Source of the DNA: an uncultured Candidatus Saccharibacteria bacterium
GTDB taxonomy: Bacteria > Patescibacteriota > Minisyncoccia > Minisyncoccales > GWA2-38-27
Direction of reading: 5' to 3'
Assembly: GCA_964571585.1 (NCBI GenBank)
Contig: CAZNBW010000002.1
Span: forward strand, 288 to 38,730
Length of the DNA stretch: 38,443 bases
Under the pieces are notes generated by a model that was given only the letters and a program-made list of their open reading frames with translations, had not been told where the DNA came from and did not search any database. Shown in pieces: positions 30,739 through 38,412 of the stretch (positions are counted from its first letter, which is position 1; the number at the start of each line of letters is the position of its first letter). A program made the translations under genes and the position numbers.

Positions 30739-31378
30739 AAATAAAAAAATATTGATAACCGGAGGGCCCGTTTGGGTTCCTGTTGATAAGGTTAGGGTAA
30801 TGACAAATATATTTGGAGGTTCGTTAGGATTAGAAATAGCTAAAAAGGCAGCTAAAATTGGAGGAGCTGTTGTTTTTTTATTAGGTCCTAGTAAAATAGA
30901 TATTCCTCAGAATCTCCCTAAAAATTTAAAAATAATCAGATTTAAATACTTTGACGATCTTTTAAGTTTGATGAAAAAGAATATATCAGATAGATGTGAT
31001 ATTGTTATTCATTCTGCAGCAGTTCCCGACTATGCTCCTAAAAAAATCTATAATGGTAAAATAAAATCAGGGAAGAAAGAATTAATTATTAGCTTTAAGC
31101 CTACAATTAAAATAGTTGACCTAATAAAAAAGTGGAATTCTTCTGTATTTTTGGTAAAATTTAAATTAGAGGTAGGCTTAAGCAAAAAAGAATTAATAGA
31201 TACTGCTTATAAGAGCATGATTTTTTCTAAAGCAGATTTGATGGTAGCCAACGATCTTAAAAATACATCTGGTAAACACGAAGCTTTTATTATAGATAAA
31301 AACAAAGATATAATTGAGTGCGAAGGAAAGAATATAATCGCCCAAAAGTTACTTCATAAAATAAAAAATCTGGTATGA
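30719..31378 (+). CDS. coaB: Phosphopantothenate--cysteine ligase (CoaB-type)
   Basis: KKILITGGPVWVPVDKVRVMTNIFGGSLGLEIAKKA, HSAAVPDY, GKIKSG. TTG start per the track; overlaps the previous gene by 20 nt. Confidence 0.8.
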   Translation: MSEKLLKNKKILITGGPVWVPVDKVRVMTNIFGGSLGLEIAKKAAKIGGAVVFLLGPSKIDIPQNLPKNLKIIRFKYFDDLLSLMKKNISDRCDIVIHSAAVPDYAPKKIYNGKIKSGKKELIISFKPTIKIVDLIKKWNSSVFLVKFKLEVGLSKKELIDTAYKSMIFSKADLMVANDLKNTSGKHEAFIIDKNKDIIECEGKNIIAQKLLHKIKNLV

Positions 31379-32991
31379 GTTTATTTGCTATTTCATGTCT
31401 TGTTACAGCTGTTTTAACAGCTATACTTGGATTTTTAACTTTATTTAAGAATCCTAGCGATAGAATAAATCGTTCCTGGTTTTTGGTTAGTTGTGCTGTT
31501 TTTCTTTGGACAATTGGTCTTTTCGGAACGGTTGTTGCTAATAGTTCTTGGATTGCACTTTTTTTTCAGAGAGTTTTATATATAGGCACAGTCCTTATCC
31601 CAATATTATTTTTCAACTTCGCCATCATTATTTTAAAAAGAGAGGGACGCGAAAGGAGAGTTTTTTATGGTGGTTGTGTTTTAGCAATAGTATTTCTCAT
31701 TCTGCTATTTAGTAAGCATTTTATCGATATAATTCCAGAAAGAACAAGCTTGAATTATTGGCCAGTTGAGACTGGTCTTTTTTATTGGTCATTTTTATTC
31801 TATTTCGCTCTCTATATGATTTATTCTCTTGTTATGCTGAAAACTGATTCTAAAAAATACGGTGGAGTTTACCAAAAGCAAATCCAATTTGTATATTATG
31901 CCGTACTTATTGGTTTTGCAGGAGGTTCTACAAATTTTTTACTAGATTTTGATCTTAATATTTATCCAGTGGGTAATCTTTTTGTTTCTCTTTATGTAGT
32001 ATTAGTAGCGTACGCAGTTTTCAAGTATCAACTAATGAATATAAGATTTATTGCCACAGAGATTTTAGTTGGACTAGTGAGTGTTGTTTTGTTAGTTGAT
32101 CTGTTTGTTTCTCAAAACTCTCTGCCAATATTATTATTAAAGTTAATAATTCTGATCGTTTTTGTATATTTAGGAATTTCTCTGGTGAAAAGTGTTTTAA
32201 GAGAGGTAAAACAACGCGAAGAAATGGAGATATTAACAAAGAAAGTACAAAAAGCTTATGAGGTGGAAAAGAAGGCGACCAGAGAGCTAAAGAGGTTGGG
32301 AGAGGTGAAGAATCAGTTTATTATGGCCTCCCAACACCATTTAAGAACTCCTTTAACTTCTATGAGAGGATATATTGATTTGGTTCTTACTGGTTCTTAT
32401 GGCAAGGTTCCTATAAAAATTAAAGAGGCTTTAACTAAATTTGAAACATCAATAAAGAGGTTGAATAGGGTCATTAATGAATTCTTGGATATTACTCAAT
32501 TTCAACTTGGCAAAGAAGTGGTAACTTTGAAGGAAGGAGTTGATTTGACGCCCATTTTTCAAGAAGTCCAGGAAGAACTAGGGTATGAGGCAAAAGCCAG
32601 GGGTATCAATCTTGAGTTTAAAATACCAAGTAACATTCCTAAGATTAAAGCAGACTCAGAAAAGCTTAAGATAGGAATGTTTAATATAGTAGATAATGCT
32701 ATAAAGTATACTCAGGAGGGTAGTGTTTCTGTTGATCTTTCTGCTACAGATCATAAATTATTAATTAAGGTAAAAGATACAGGAGTAGGGATAGCGAAGG
32801 AGAACCAAAAAGAGTTGTTTAATAAGTTGTTTGAAAGGGGTCAGGACGCAATGAAGGTTCACGGTACAGGCAAGGGCATAGGTCTGTTTATAACCTCACA
32901 TATTATTAAAGCCCATAACGGCAGAATTTGGGCAGAATCTGAGGGACGTGGAAAAGGAAGTACGTTCTTTATAGAATTACCTATAAAATAA
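31375..32991 (+). CDS. Sensor histidine kinase with N-terminal multi-TM (7TM-type) sensor domain
   Basis: About 8 TM helices. H-box SQHHLRTPLTSMRGYIDL, N box NIVDNAIKYT, G1 DTGVGI, G2 GTGKGIGL. ATGA overlap with coaB. Confidence 0.9.
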   Translation: MSLFAISCLVTAVLTAILGFLTLFKNPSDRINRSWFLVSCAVFLWTIGLFGTVVANSSWIALFFQRVLYIGTVLIPILFFNFAIIILKREGRERRVFYGGCVLAIVFLILLFSKHFIDIIPERTSLNYWPVETGLFYWSFLFYFALYMIYSLVMLKTDSKKYGGVYQKQIQFVYYAVLIGFAGGSTNFLLDFDLNIYPVGNLFVSLYVVLVAYAVFKYQLMNIRFIATEILVGLVSVVLLVDLFVSQNSLPILLLKLIILIVFVYLGISLVKSVLREVKQREEMEILTKKVQKAYEVEKKATRELKRLGEVKNQFIMASQHHLRTPLTSMRGYIDLVLTGSYGKVPIKIKEALTKFETSIKRLNRVINEFLDITQFQLGKEVVTLKEGVDLTPIFQEVQEELGYEAKARGINLEFKIPSNIPKIKADSEKLKIGMFNIVDNAIKYTQEGSVSVDLSATDHKLLIKVKDTGVGIAKENQKELFNKLFERGQDAMKVHGTGKGIGLFITSHIIKAHNGRIWAESEGRGKGSTFFIELPIK

Positions 32992-33066
32992 AAAAACTGA
33001 AATAAGGCATTGATATATTTCAGAAAATCAGCAAAAACTGAAATATGGGGTTATGTATTTTGCAAT

Positions 33067-33110
33067 CTGTATGTTTTTAGTATACAATTGTATGTAGATA
33101 ACATACAATT
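33067..33110. promoter_or_regulatory. Candidate operator: 12-bp palindrome ATACAATTGTAT plus extra CATACAAT half-sites upstream of the MNT-HEPN pair
   Basis: Palindrome at 33082-33093, half-site catacaat at 33102-33109, partial tgtatg at 33069-33074. Ends 14 nt before the ATG at 33124. Confidence 0.35.
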
Positions 33111-33123
33111 TATTTTTTTGTTT

Positions 33124-33675
33124 ATGCCTCTAAGATTTACTAAAAACCAAAGCTTAATACTCGAGTTGTTTTTTAGTGACCCAAATAAAAAGTATTATTT
33201 AAGAGAGATAGGAAAAATTCTTGGTAAGGAACCGGGTGTTTTTCAAAAAGACATTAATAAACTAGTTGATGGCGGTATTTTGTTTAGCGAATTTATTGCC
33301 AACAGCCGTTTTTTTGAATTGAATAAAGGTTATTCTCTATACGAAGAGCTAAAAAGTGTCTTTTTTAAAACAGTGGGCGTTGAGGGCAGTTTAAGAGATA
33401 TACTGCGAAAAATTAAAGGCATAAATGTTGCTTTTATTTTCGGTTCTTTCGCGAAAAACAAAGAAGACTCTTTATCTGATGTTGATTTAATGATAATAGG
33501 CAAGCCGGATGATGATTTGCTTATTGGGGAGATTTCTAAATTAGAGAAAAAAATTAATAGAGAGATTAATTATCATATTTTTTCTAAAGAAGAAATTAGC
33601 AGAAAAGATTCTTTTATGATAGGCATATTGGGCGGTCCGAAAATATTTTTAATAGGCGGAGAAAATGAACTATAA
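33124..33675 (+). CDS. wHTH + minimal nucleotidyltransferase (MNT) domain protein, antitoxin-type
   Basis: N-terminal wHTH-like segment (YLREIGKILGKEPGVFQKDINKLVDGGIL). NTase motif FIFGSFAKNKEDSLSDVDLMIIG. Start trimmed to the ATG at 33124 (MPLRFTKNQ..). Confidence 0.75.
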   Translation: MPLRFTKNQSLILELFFSDPNKKYYLREIGKILGKEPGVFQKDINKLVDGGILFSEFIANSRFFELNKGYSLYEELKSVFFKTVGVEGSLRDILRKIKGINVAFIFGSFAKNKEDSLSDVDLMIIGKPDDDLLIGEISKLEKKINREINYHIFSKEEISRKDSFMIGILGGPKIFLIGGENEL

Positions 33676-34117
33676 AGAATTTATCGAAAAAGGACTTGTC
33701 CAAGAAGATAATATCGGTTTTGGCCAAGTAAGTAAATTACTGGAGAGGAGTTTTAGGAACATTAAAAGCGCTAAGACTCTAGTTAAAGATGATGATAAAG
33801 AAGGAGCTTTTCGTTTCGCTTATGATGCAATGCTTTTAGCCGGCAGGGCCTTAGTTTTTTCTTATAATTTAAGACCAAGAAGTATAGGTTCTCATAAAAT
33901 TGTAGTAGATTTTACAGAAGAAGTTATGGGAAAAGATTATAAGATATTAATTCAGAAATTTGATAGAATGAGAAGAAAAAGAAACTATTTGATTTACGGA
34001 GTTGGCTTGGCGGTTTCTTCAACAGAGGCAGAGAACGCAATTGATACGGCCGAAGAATTTCTGAAAACAATTAAATATTTTATTAAAAAGAAAAATCCCC
34101 AAATAGAATTATTATAG
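33665..34117 (+). CDS. HEPN domain protein, toxin-type partner of the MNT
   Basis: 150 aa, predicted helical. Rx4H motif (RSIGSH) and ..MRRKRNYLIYG.. typical of HEPN. 11-nt overlap with the MNT gene. Confidence 0.75.
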   Translation: MNYKEFIEKGLVQEDNIGFGQVSKLLERSFRNIKSAKTLVKDDDKEGAFRFAYDAMLLAGRALVFSYNLRPRSIGSHKIVVDFTEEVMGKDYKILIQKFDRMRRKRNYLIYGVGLAVSSTEAENAIDTAEEFLKTIKYFIKKKNPQIELL

Positions 34118-34165
34118 AATAATTATTGACAGGTAGGGTTTTGGGGAGTTAAATGAGGTAAGGAC

Positions 34166-34561
34166 ATGAAAAAGAAGAAATATATATTATCAGTTTTTGT
34201 TATAGCTATTGTCATATTTATCTTGGTTGGTGGATATATAATTTATAGGATGTCATTTGACTATATATCTTATAGTATAAAAACTTTTGGCCAGGATAAA
34301 TATAGGCTAATTATTAATACTAAAGATAAAATTACAAATAATCCTATTGGCAATGTCACGATAGATGTAATTTATATAACTGATTCTGAGGAGAAGAAAA
34401 TAGTTAGTGGAAAATCAAATCGAGATGGTACGATAGTTTTTTATTTATTGCCAGGATATTATAAATGTGAAGGCAGTGGTATTTTTTTAGGAGAAACGGA
34501 TATTTTAGATTTAAGAGAAAATGAAGAAATTGATTTAAAGATATGGATTCCTATTAGGTAG
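34166..34561 (+). CDS. Small TM-anchored protein with carboxypeptidase-regulatory-like beta-sandwich motif
   Basis: 131 aa. TM segment YILSVFVIAIVIFILVGGYIIY. ..VTIDVIYI..GKSNRDGTIVFYLLPGYYKCE.. RBS gaggtaagga. Confidence 0.6.
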   Translation: MKKKKYILSVFVIAIVIFILVGGYIIYRMSFDYISYSIKTFGQDKYRLIINTKDKITNNPIGNVTIDVIYITDSEEKKIVSGKSNRDGTIVFYLLPGYYKCEGSGIFLGETDILDLRENEEIDLKIWIPIR

Positions 34562-34572
34562 TTTTTATTTTA

Positions 34573-36774
34573 ATGTATTTGACAGATATGTTAATTATGT
34601 TAATAAGAAAGATGAAGGAAAATTTACTAAAAAAGCATACAGCAGTTTTTGTCTGTATTTTGTTAATAGCTCTTTGGGCGCCAAGGAGTTTTGTTTTTGC
34701 TTCAGATTATAAGATTTATAACTGTCAATTTAGTGGTGCGTCTATGACCCAAGAGGCAGAATTTAATCCAGAAACTGGCATGGTTTCCCTAAAGGGTTTT
34801 TGGTCAATAAATAAAATAGATTATATAGATGGCGATAATTGGTTTACTACTTGTGTAGATGGTTGGTATGGTCCTGGTCCTTTTGGCAGCTATCCATGGA
34901 GAGATTTAGTCTTCTTTGCCAGCACTCATGAAGACGGAGATTATTTGGCCTATGCTGGTTATGACGGTTCTTATTTATTCTTTTCTGTGCAGAATAATAT
35001 TTTAATATATCCTTTACTTTTTTCTGTTTTTCAGCCAAACGAAGATGGATTTAGTTTTGAAAATCACTGTCCAGTGTATTTTGATGAACAGCTTAACATG
35101 CCAGTAGCAAGAACTTGGGATATGTTTGTTCAGTTTTTCGGCGAAAATGCAACAATGGTAGGAGATAATAGAGGTTTTACTGCGGAACGTTATTTTGAAG
35201 AAGAATATGCTAAATATTATTCAAAATGCGGTGCTTGCGATGGTTTTTCTGGAACAAGTTTGATAAATTTTGAAAACTTAGAACAGTTAAATTCAGGAAT
35301 TTTTAATATGCCTTATTACGATAATTTATATTCTCAAAACATTAATGATGATATCAGAGAAGCAATAGCATACCAACAAGGGTTTCAGTTTAGCCAAGAA
35401 TCGATTTCTTATTTTAATAATTTAGAAAGACAGTCTAATAAGTCGCCCAAATTCTTTTATGAGAGAATAAAGCAATCTATTGATAATAATGAAATGTTAG
35501 TTGTTTGGATTCGAGAAATACCTAAATTTTGGGAGTTATTAAAAAAGGAGGGTGGTCATGCTCTTGTGCCTTATAAATATGAAGAAGATAATTTAAATAA
35601 TAAAGGATATGTATATGTTTATGATTCTAACTATCCTGGAGACAATAATAGAATTATAGAATTTGATTTAGAAAAAGATGAATGGGCCTTTGAATTTGAA
35701 AAAGATTTTCTAATTTGGGACGGAGATATATTTGATTCTTATTTAACTATAGCGACGATTCCTTTAGATATGCGTTTGGATAGAGGTATTGCTCCTTGGG
35801 GAGTAGAAGTTCCACCATATTATTATATCGCCAGTGTTAATGAAACGATTGACCCTTTTTTTGATAATGGAAAAGGAAAAAAGATTGGTTTTCTAGACGG
35901 TGAATTTGTAGACGAATTCGAAGATGGTTTATATTTTAATATTCTAGCTCAAGGCCAAGGAGAACCTCCTGGATTTTATTATTTGCCCCAGAAAGATGTT
36001 TATGATTTAAATCTTTATGGGAGAGAAGAAGATGATATAGATTTTGTTGTATTTGGTAATCAGTTTTCAGCAAAGCTTAAGGCTGATATTGATTTGAACG
36101 CAACAGACAATATTAAATTAGATCAAAATTCTTTAACATATAGTACAGATGATGATTATAAGAATTATTCAGTTAGTTTTACAAAAGAGTTTGATAATTT
36201 GAGTAGGCTTATAGAAATTAATACAAGCATCTCAAAAGAAGATATTGATACAATAAAATTAACAGAAGGTGGTTTAGAATATATTAATAACGGAGGCGCC
36301 AAAACTTATGATTTGTTATTTAAGCAAAGGGGTGTAGATAGGGGGGAAGTTTCTTTCTCTGGCATAGAGATTAGCCAAAATGAAACTCAGGTCATTGAGA
36401 TATTAAATCAAGATGACATTAATAGCTCTGAAATAATTATTGAAATTGATAAAGACAGTGATGGAATAACTGACGAGATAAAAGGAATACAGTTATTTTT
36501 TGAAGATCCGAAAAGAGAAACTAAATTGATTGTTAATACCACTAGTGAAACTTTTCATTTTATTGCTCAAGATAAAGACTCCGGAGTTTTAAAAGCAGAT
36601 AAGATGGAAATTAAAAATAAGGCGGGGGTAATTTTAATAGATTATAAAAGCGAAGACATTAGTTTTAAAGCAACAATAAAAACTGGGCACAAGGATTTTT
36701 GTTCAGCTTTGATGAAAGATAAAAAAGATAAAAGGCATTATCTATTAATAGATAAACCAGGGGAAGAATTATGA
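34573..36774 (+). CDS. Large secreted protein: novel N-terminal domain shared with the 4461..6296 protein, plus a papain-like Cys/His signature region
   Basis: 733 aa. Signal/TM (HTAVFVCILLIALWAP). Aa 47-140 are ~50% identical by eye to aa 432-527 of the second pilin fusion. KCGACDGFSGTS (aa 218-229), GGHALVPYKY (aa 327-336), YDSNYPG. The true start may be the ATG at 34612. Confidence 0.8.
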   Translation: MYLTDMLIMLIRKMKENLLKKHTAVFVCILLIALWAPRSFVFASDYKIYNCQFSGASMTQEAEFNPETGMVSLKGFWSINKIDYIDGDNWFTTCVDGWYGPGPFGSYPWRDLVFFASTHEDGDYLAYAGYDGSYLFFSVQNNILIYPLLFSVFQPNEDGFSFENHCPVYFDEQLNMPVARTWDMFVQFFGENATMVGDNRGFTAERYFEEEYAKYYSKCGACDGFSGTSLINFENLEQLNSGIFNMPYYDNLYSQNINDDIREAIAYQQGFQFSQESISYFNNLERQSNKSPKFFYERIKQSIDNNEMLVVWIREIPKFWELLKKEGGHALVPYKYEEDNLNNKGYVYVYDSNYPGDNNRIIEFDLEKDEWAFEFEKDFLIWDGDIFDSYLTIATIPLDMRLDRGIAPWGVEVPPYYYIASVNETIDPFFDNGKGKKIGFLDGEFVDEFEDGLYFNILAQGQGEPPGFYYLPQKDVYDLNLYGREEDDIDFVVFGNQFSAKLKADIDLNATDNIKLDQNSLTYSTDDDYKNYSVSFTKEFDNLSRLIEINTSISKEDIDTIKLTEGGLEYINNGGAKTYDLLFKQRGVDRGEVSFSGIEISQNETQVIEILNQDDINSSEIIIEIDKDSDGITDEIKGIQLFFEDPKRETKLIVNTTSETFHFIAQDKDSGVLKADKMEIKNKAGVILIDYKSEDISFKATIKTGHKDFCSALMKDKKDKRHYLLIDKPGEEL

Positions 36775-37031
36775 AAAAGAAAATACTGGTCATAGCTGTA
36801 ATGATTATAATTTTACTTTTAGTGGGTGTTGGTTTTTTTGCCTGGAATAATAAACATAAAGAAGCTATTAGCTTCTGCGAGAACGATTGTAAATACCGTT
36901 TAGGAAATTGGCGCTTTTCTACAGACGATTCGATAACTTTTGCTATGACTTTTTTTCATACAAAAAAAGAGTGTATTGATGTTTGTATAGATTTTAATTA
37001 TTTTTTAAGGGCTTTTAAAAGAATAAAATAG
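36771..37031 (+). CDS. Small TM-anchored Cys-containing protein
   Basis: 86 aa. ATGA overlap with the preceding gene. TM segment ILVIAVMIIILLLVGVGFFAW. Confidence 0.55.
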   Translation: MKKKILVIAVMIIILLLVGVGFFAWNNKHKEAISFCENDCKYRLGNWRFSTDDSITFAMTFFHTKKECIDVCIDFNYFLRAFKRIK

Positions 37032-37050
37032 TTAAATGAAGTAAAGAAAC

Positions 37051-37449
37051 ATGACGAAGACAAAGAAGAAAATTTTGCTAATTGAAGACGATGTAGCTAC
37101 TATTGAAGTGTACAAAATAGGTTTGGAGCGGGCAGGTTTTGATGTTGACCCGATTATTACAGGACAAGAAGCTATAAGGCTGTTTGAGGAGGTAAATAAA
37201 GAGCCGAAGAGTAAGCCGGATATGGTTCTATTAGATATTCTTCTGCCCGACATGAATGGTATAGATGTTTTGAAAAAAATAAGAGAGCTTGAGAATACAA
37301 AGGATTTAAGAGTTTTAATTCTAACCAATTATTCAAGCAAGGAATTGGAGAAAAAAGGAATATTTTTGAAAACAGAAAGATATCTTTTAAAAACAGAACA
37401 TAAGCCAAGCGATTTGGTGAAACTGATAAAGGAAGAGTTAAAGAATTGA
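37051..37449 (+). CDS. Stand-alone response-regulator receiver (CheY-like) protein
   Basis: ILLIEDD, phospho-acceptor context MVLLDILLPDMNGIDV, ILTN, and the conserved Lys region. No output domain. Confidence 0.85.
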   Translation: MTKTKKKILLIEDDVATIEVYKIGLERAGFDVDPIITGQEAIRLFEEVNKEPKSKPDMVLLDILLPDMNGIDVLKKIRELENTKDLRVLILTNYSSKELEKKGIFLKTERYLLKTEHKPSDLVKLIKEELKN

Positions 37450-37479
37450 TTTATTTTTTGTATTTGATAAAATTAAAAC

Positions 37480-37800
37480 ATGGTAAAAAAAGTTTTACAA
37501 CAACCAACATTAAAAGAAATTGATAAGCTTCTTGGACAACAAACTGTGGTTATTCTTAATGCGGTAGACGAAAAGTTGAAAAATCGGCAAAAATATACTG
37601 ACTATAAAATATCTGCTGTAGAAAAGAGATTAGGCAGAATGGAGATTAGAATAAATAGGAAAATTGATAAATTGATTACGTCAATTGATAAATTTTTAAA
37701 GAAAACCACTGATTTAGATGATGAATTTACCCTGATGAAAGCCGATTTAAAAAAAGTAAAAGCGGTTTTGAAAGAAAAATTAGGGGTAGCGTTAGACTAA
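37480..37800 (+). CDS. Hypothetical coiled-coil protein
   Basis: 106 aa, heptad-like charged sequence. I recognise no family. Confidence 0.5.
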   Translation: MVKKVLQQPTLKEIDKLLGQQTVVILNAVDEKLKNRQKYTDYKISAVEKRLGRMEIRINRKIDKLITSIDKFLKKTTDLDDEFTLMKADLKKVKAVLKEKLGVALD

Positions 37801-37805
37801 ATACC

Positions 37806-37833
37806 CTTGACAGATATTCTGGGTTTGTTATTA
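37806..37833 (+). promoter_or_regulatory. Promoter TTGACA-16 nt-TATTAT for the T-box leader
   Basis: TTGACA at 37806-37811, TATTAT at 37828-37833. Same hexamers and spacing as the orphan promoter at 15451. Confidence 0.5.
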
Positions 37834-37844
37834 TTGAAATATCT

Positions 37845-38135
37845 TTAAAAATTCACCCCGTTAAATAATTTCGCTAGAGCGAAATTGCTGAAAACAGCAT
37901 TTAACAGGGTAAAAAACCTATGAACCGGGTCCCCTAAGTTTATCAAAGGGGATTGGGCCCGGGGAGGTGGCTTCTGCAAGAGTGGAAGCCCGGCTTCCTC
38001 CGTAACCAGAGGATAACTGTTGAGTTCGCCCTTTAGGCGAAACAAGTCAGCGAAAGCGGTCCGATGAACATCGGACAATCAGGGTGGTACCGCGGGTACT
38101 TCAGTGCTTCAGCACAAGAAGACTTCTCGTCCCTG
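37845..38135 (+). promoter_or_regulatory. T-box riboswitch leader (tRNA-sensing), specifier not assigned
   Basis: AATCAGGGTGGTACCGCG at 38077-38094 matches the T-box consensus AAnnnGGGTGGTACCGCG. Antiterminator geometry ggg-[tggtacc]-gcg ... cgt-ccc (38082-38133). Stem III gtccgat-gaac-atcggac lies immediately upstream (38059-38076). The ~230-nt upstream region is G+C-rich and highly paired. Confidence 0.7.
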
Positions 38136-38176
38136 TTGTTTATTTTTTAATAAACTCCAGAGATGAGAAGTTTTTT
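38123..38176 (+). terminator. T-box-controlled intrinsic terminator
   Basis: cttctcgtccctg (38123-38135, which is the 3' strand of the antiterminator) pairs with cagagatgagaag (38158-38170): 13 bp with one mismatch and one G-U. Followed by T6. Mutually exclusive with the antiterminator. Confidence 0.65.
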
Positions 38177-38238
38177 GTTACTTCTTTAATTGTTCTTTAG
38201 AAAGCACATTAAAAACTAAAAATAGAAAGGAGGCTATA

Positions 38239-38412
38239 GTGGCAGAAGAAAGAAAATGTCCTGTTTGTTCGGGAGGAAAAAAATGTAGAATGTGTAATGG
38301 CAGTGGCAAAAATGGAGATAAGGATTGTCAAATCTGTGACGGTACTGGAAAGTGTCCCAGATGCAAGGGAAGGCCAACGGGTTTTAATCTCTTTACTCAC
38401 GAAAAATCTTAG
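38239..38412 (+). CDS. 57-aa DnaJ-type CxxCxGxG zinc-finger mini-protein
   Basis: GTG start with RBS gaAAGGAGGctata. Translation VAEERKCPVCSGGKKCRMCNGSGKNGDKDCQICDGTGKCPRCKGRPTGFNLFTHEKS has nine Cys, eight of them in four CxxC units. Below the 60-aa cutoff of the ORF track. Confidence 0.5.
   Translation: MAEERKCPVCSGGKKCRMCNGSGKNGDKDCQICDGTGKCPRCKGRPTGFNLFTHEKS

Noticed and set aside
37845-38078. 77-aa minus-strand ORF
   Set aside because: It lies antisense to the G+C-rich, heavily base-paired T-box leader. It has no RBS, and the RNA element explains the region better.
38077-38412. The idea that the T-box senses tRNA-Cys and controls a Cys-rich protein
   Set aside because: The antiterminator bulge reads UGGU, which pairs with ACCA (discriminator A). 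Bacterial tRNA-Cys normally has U73. I also found no UGC/UGU specifier context.
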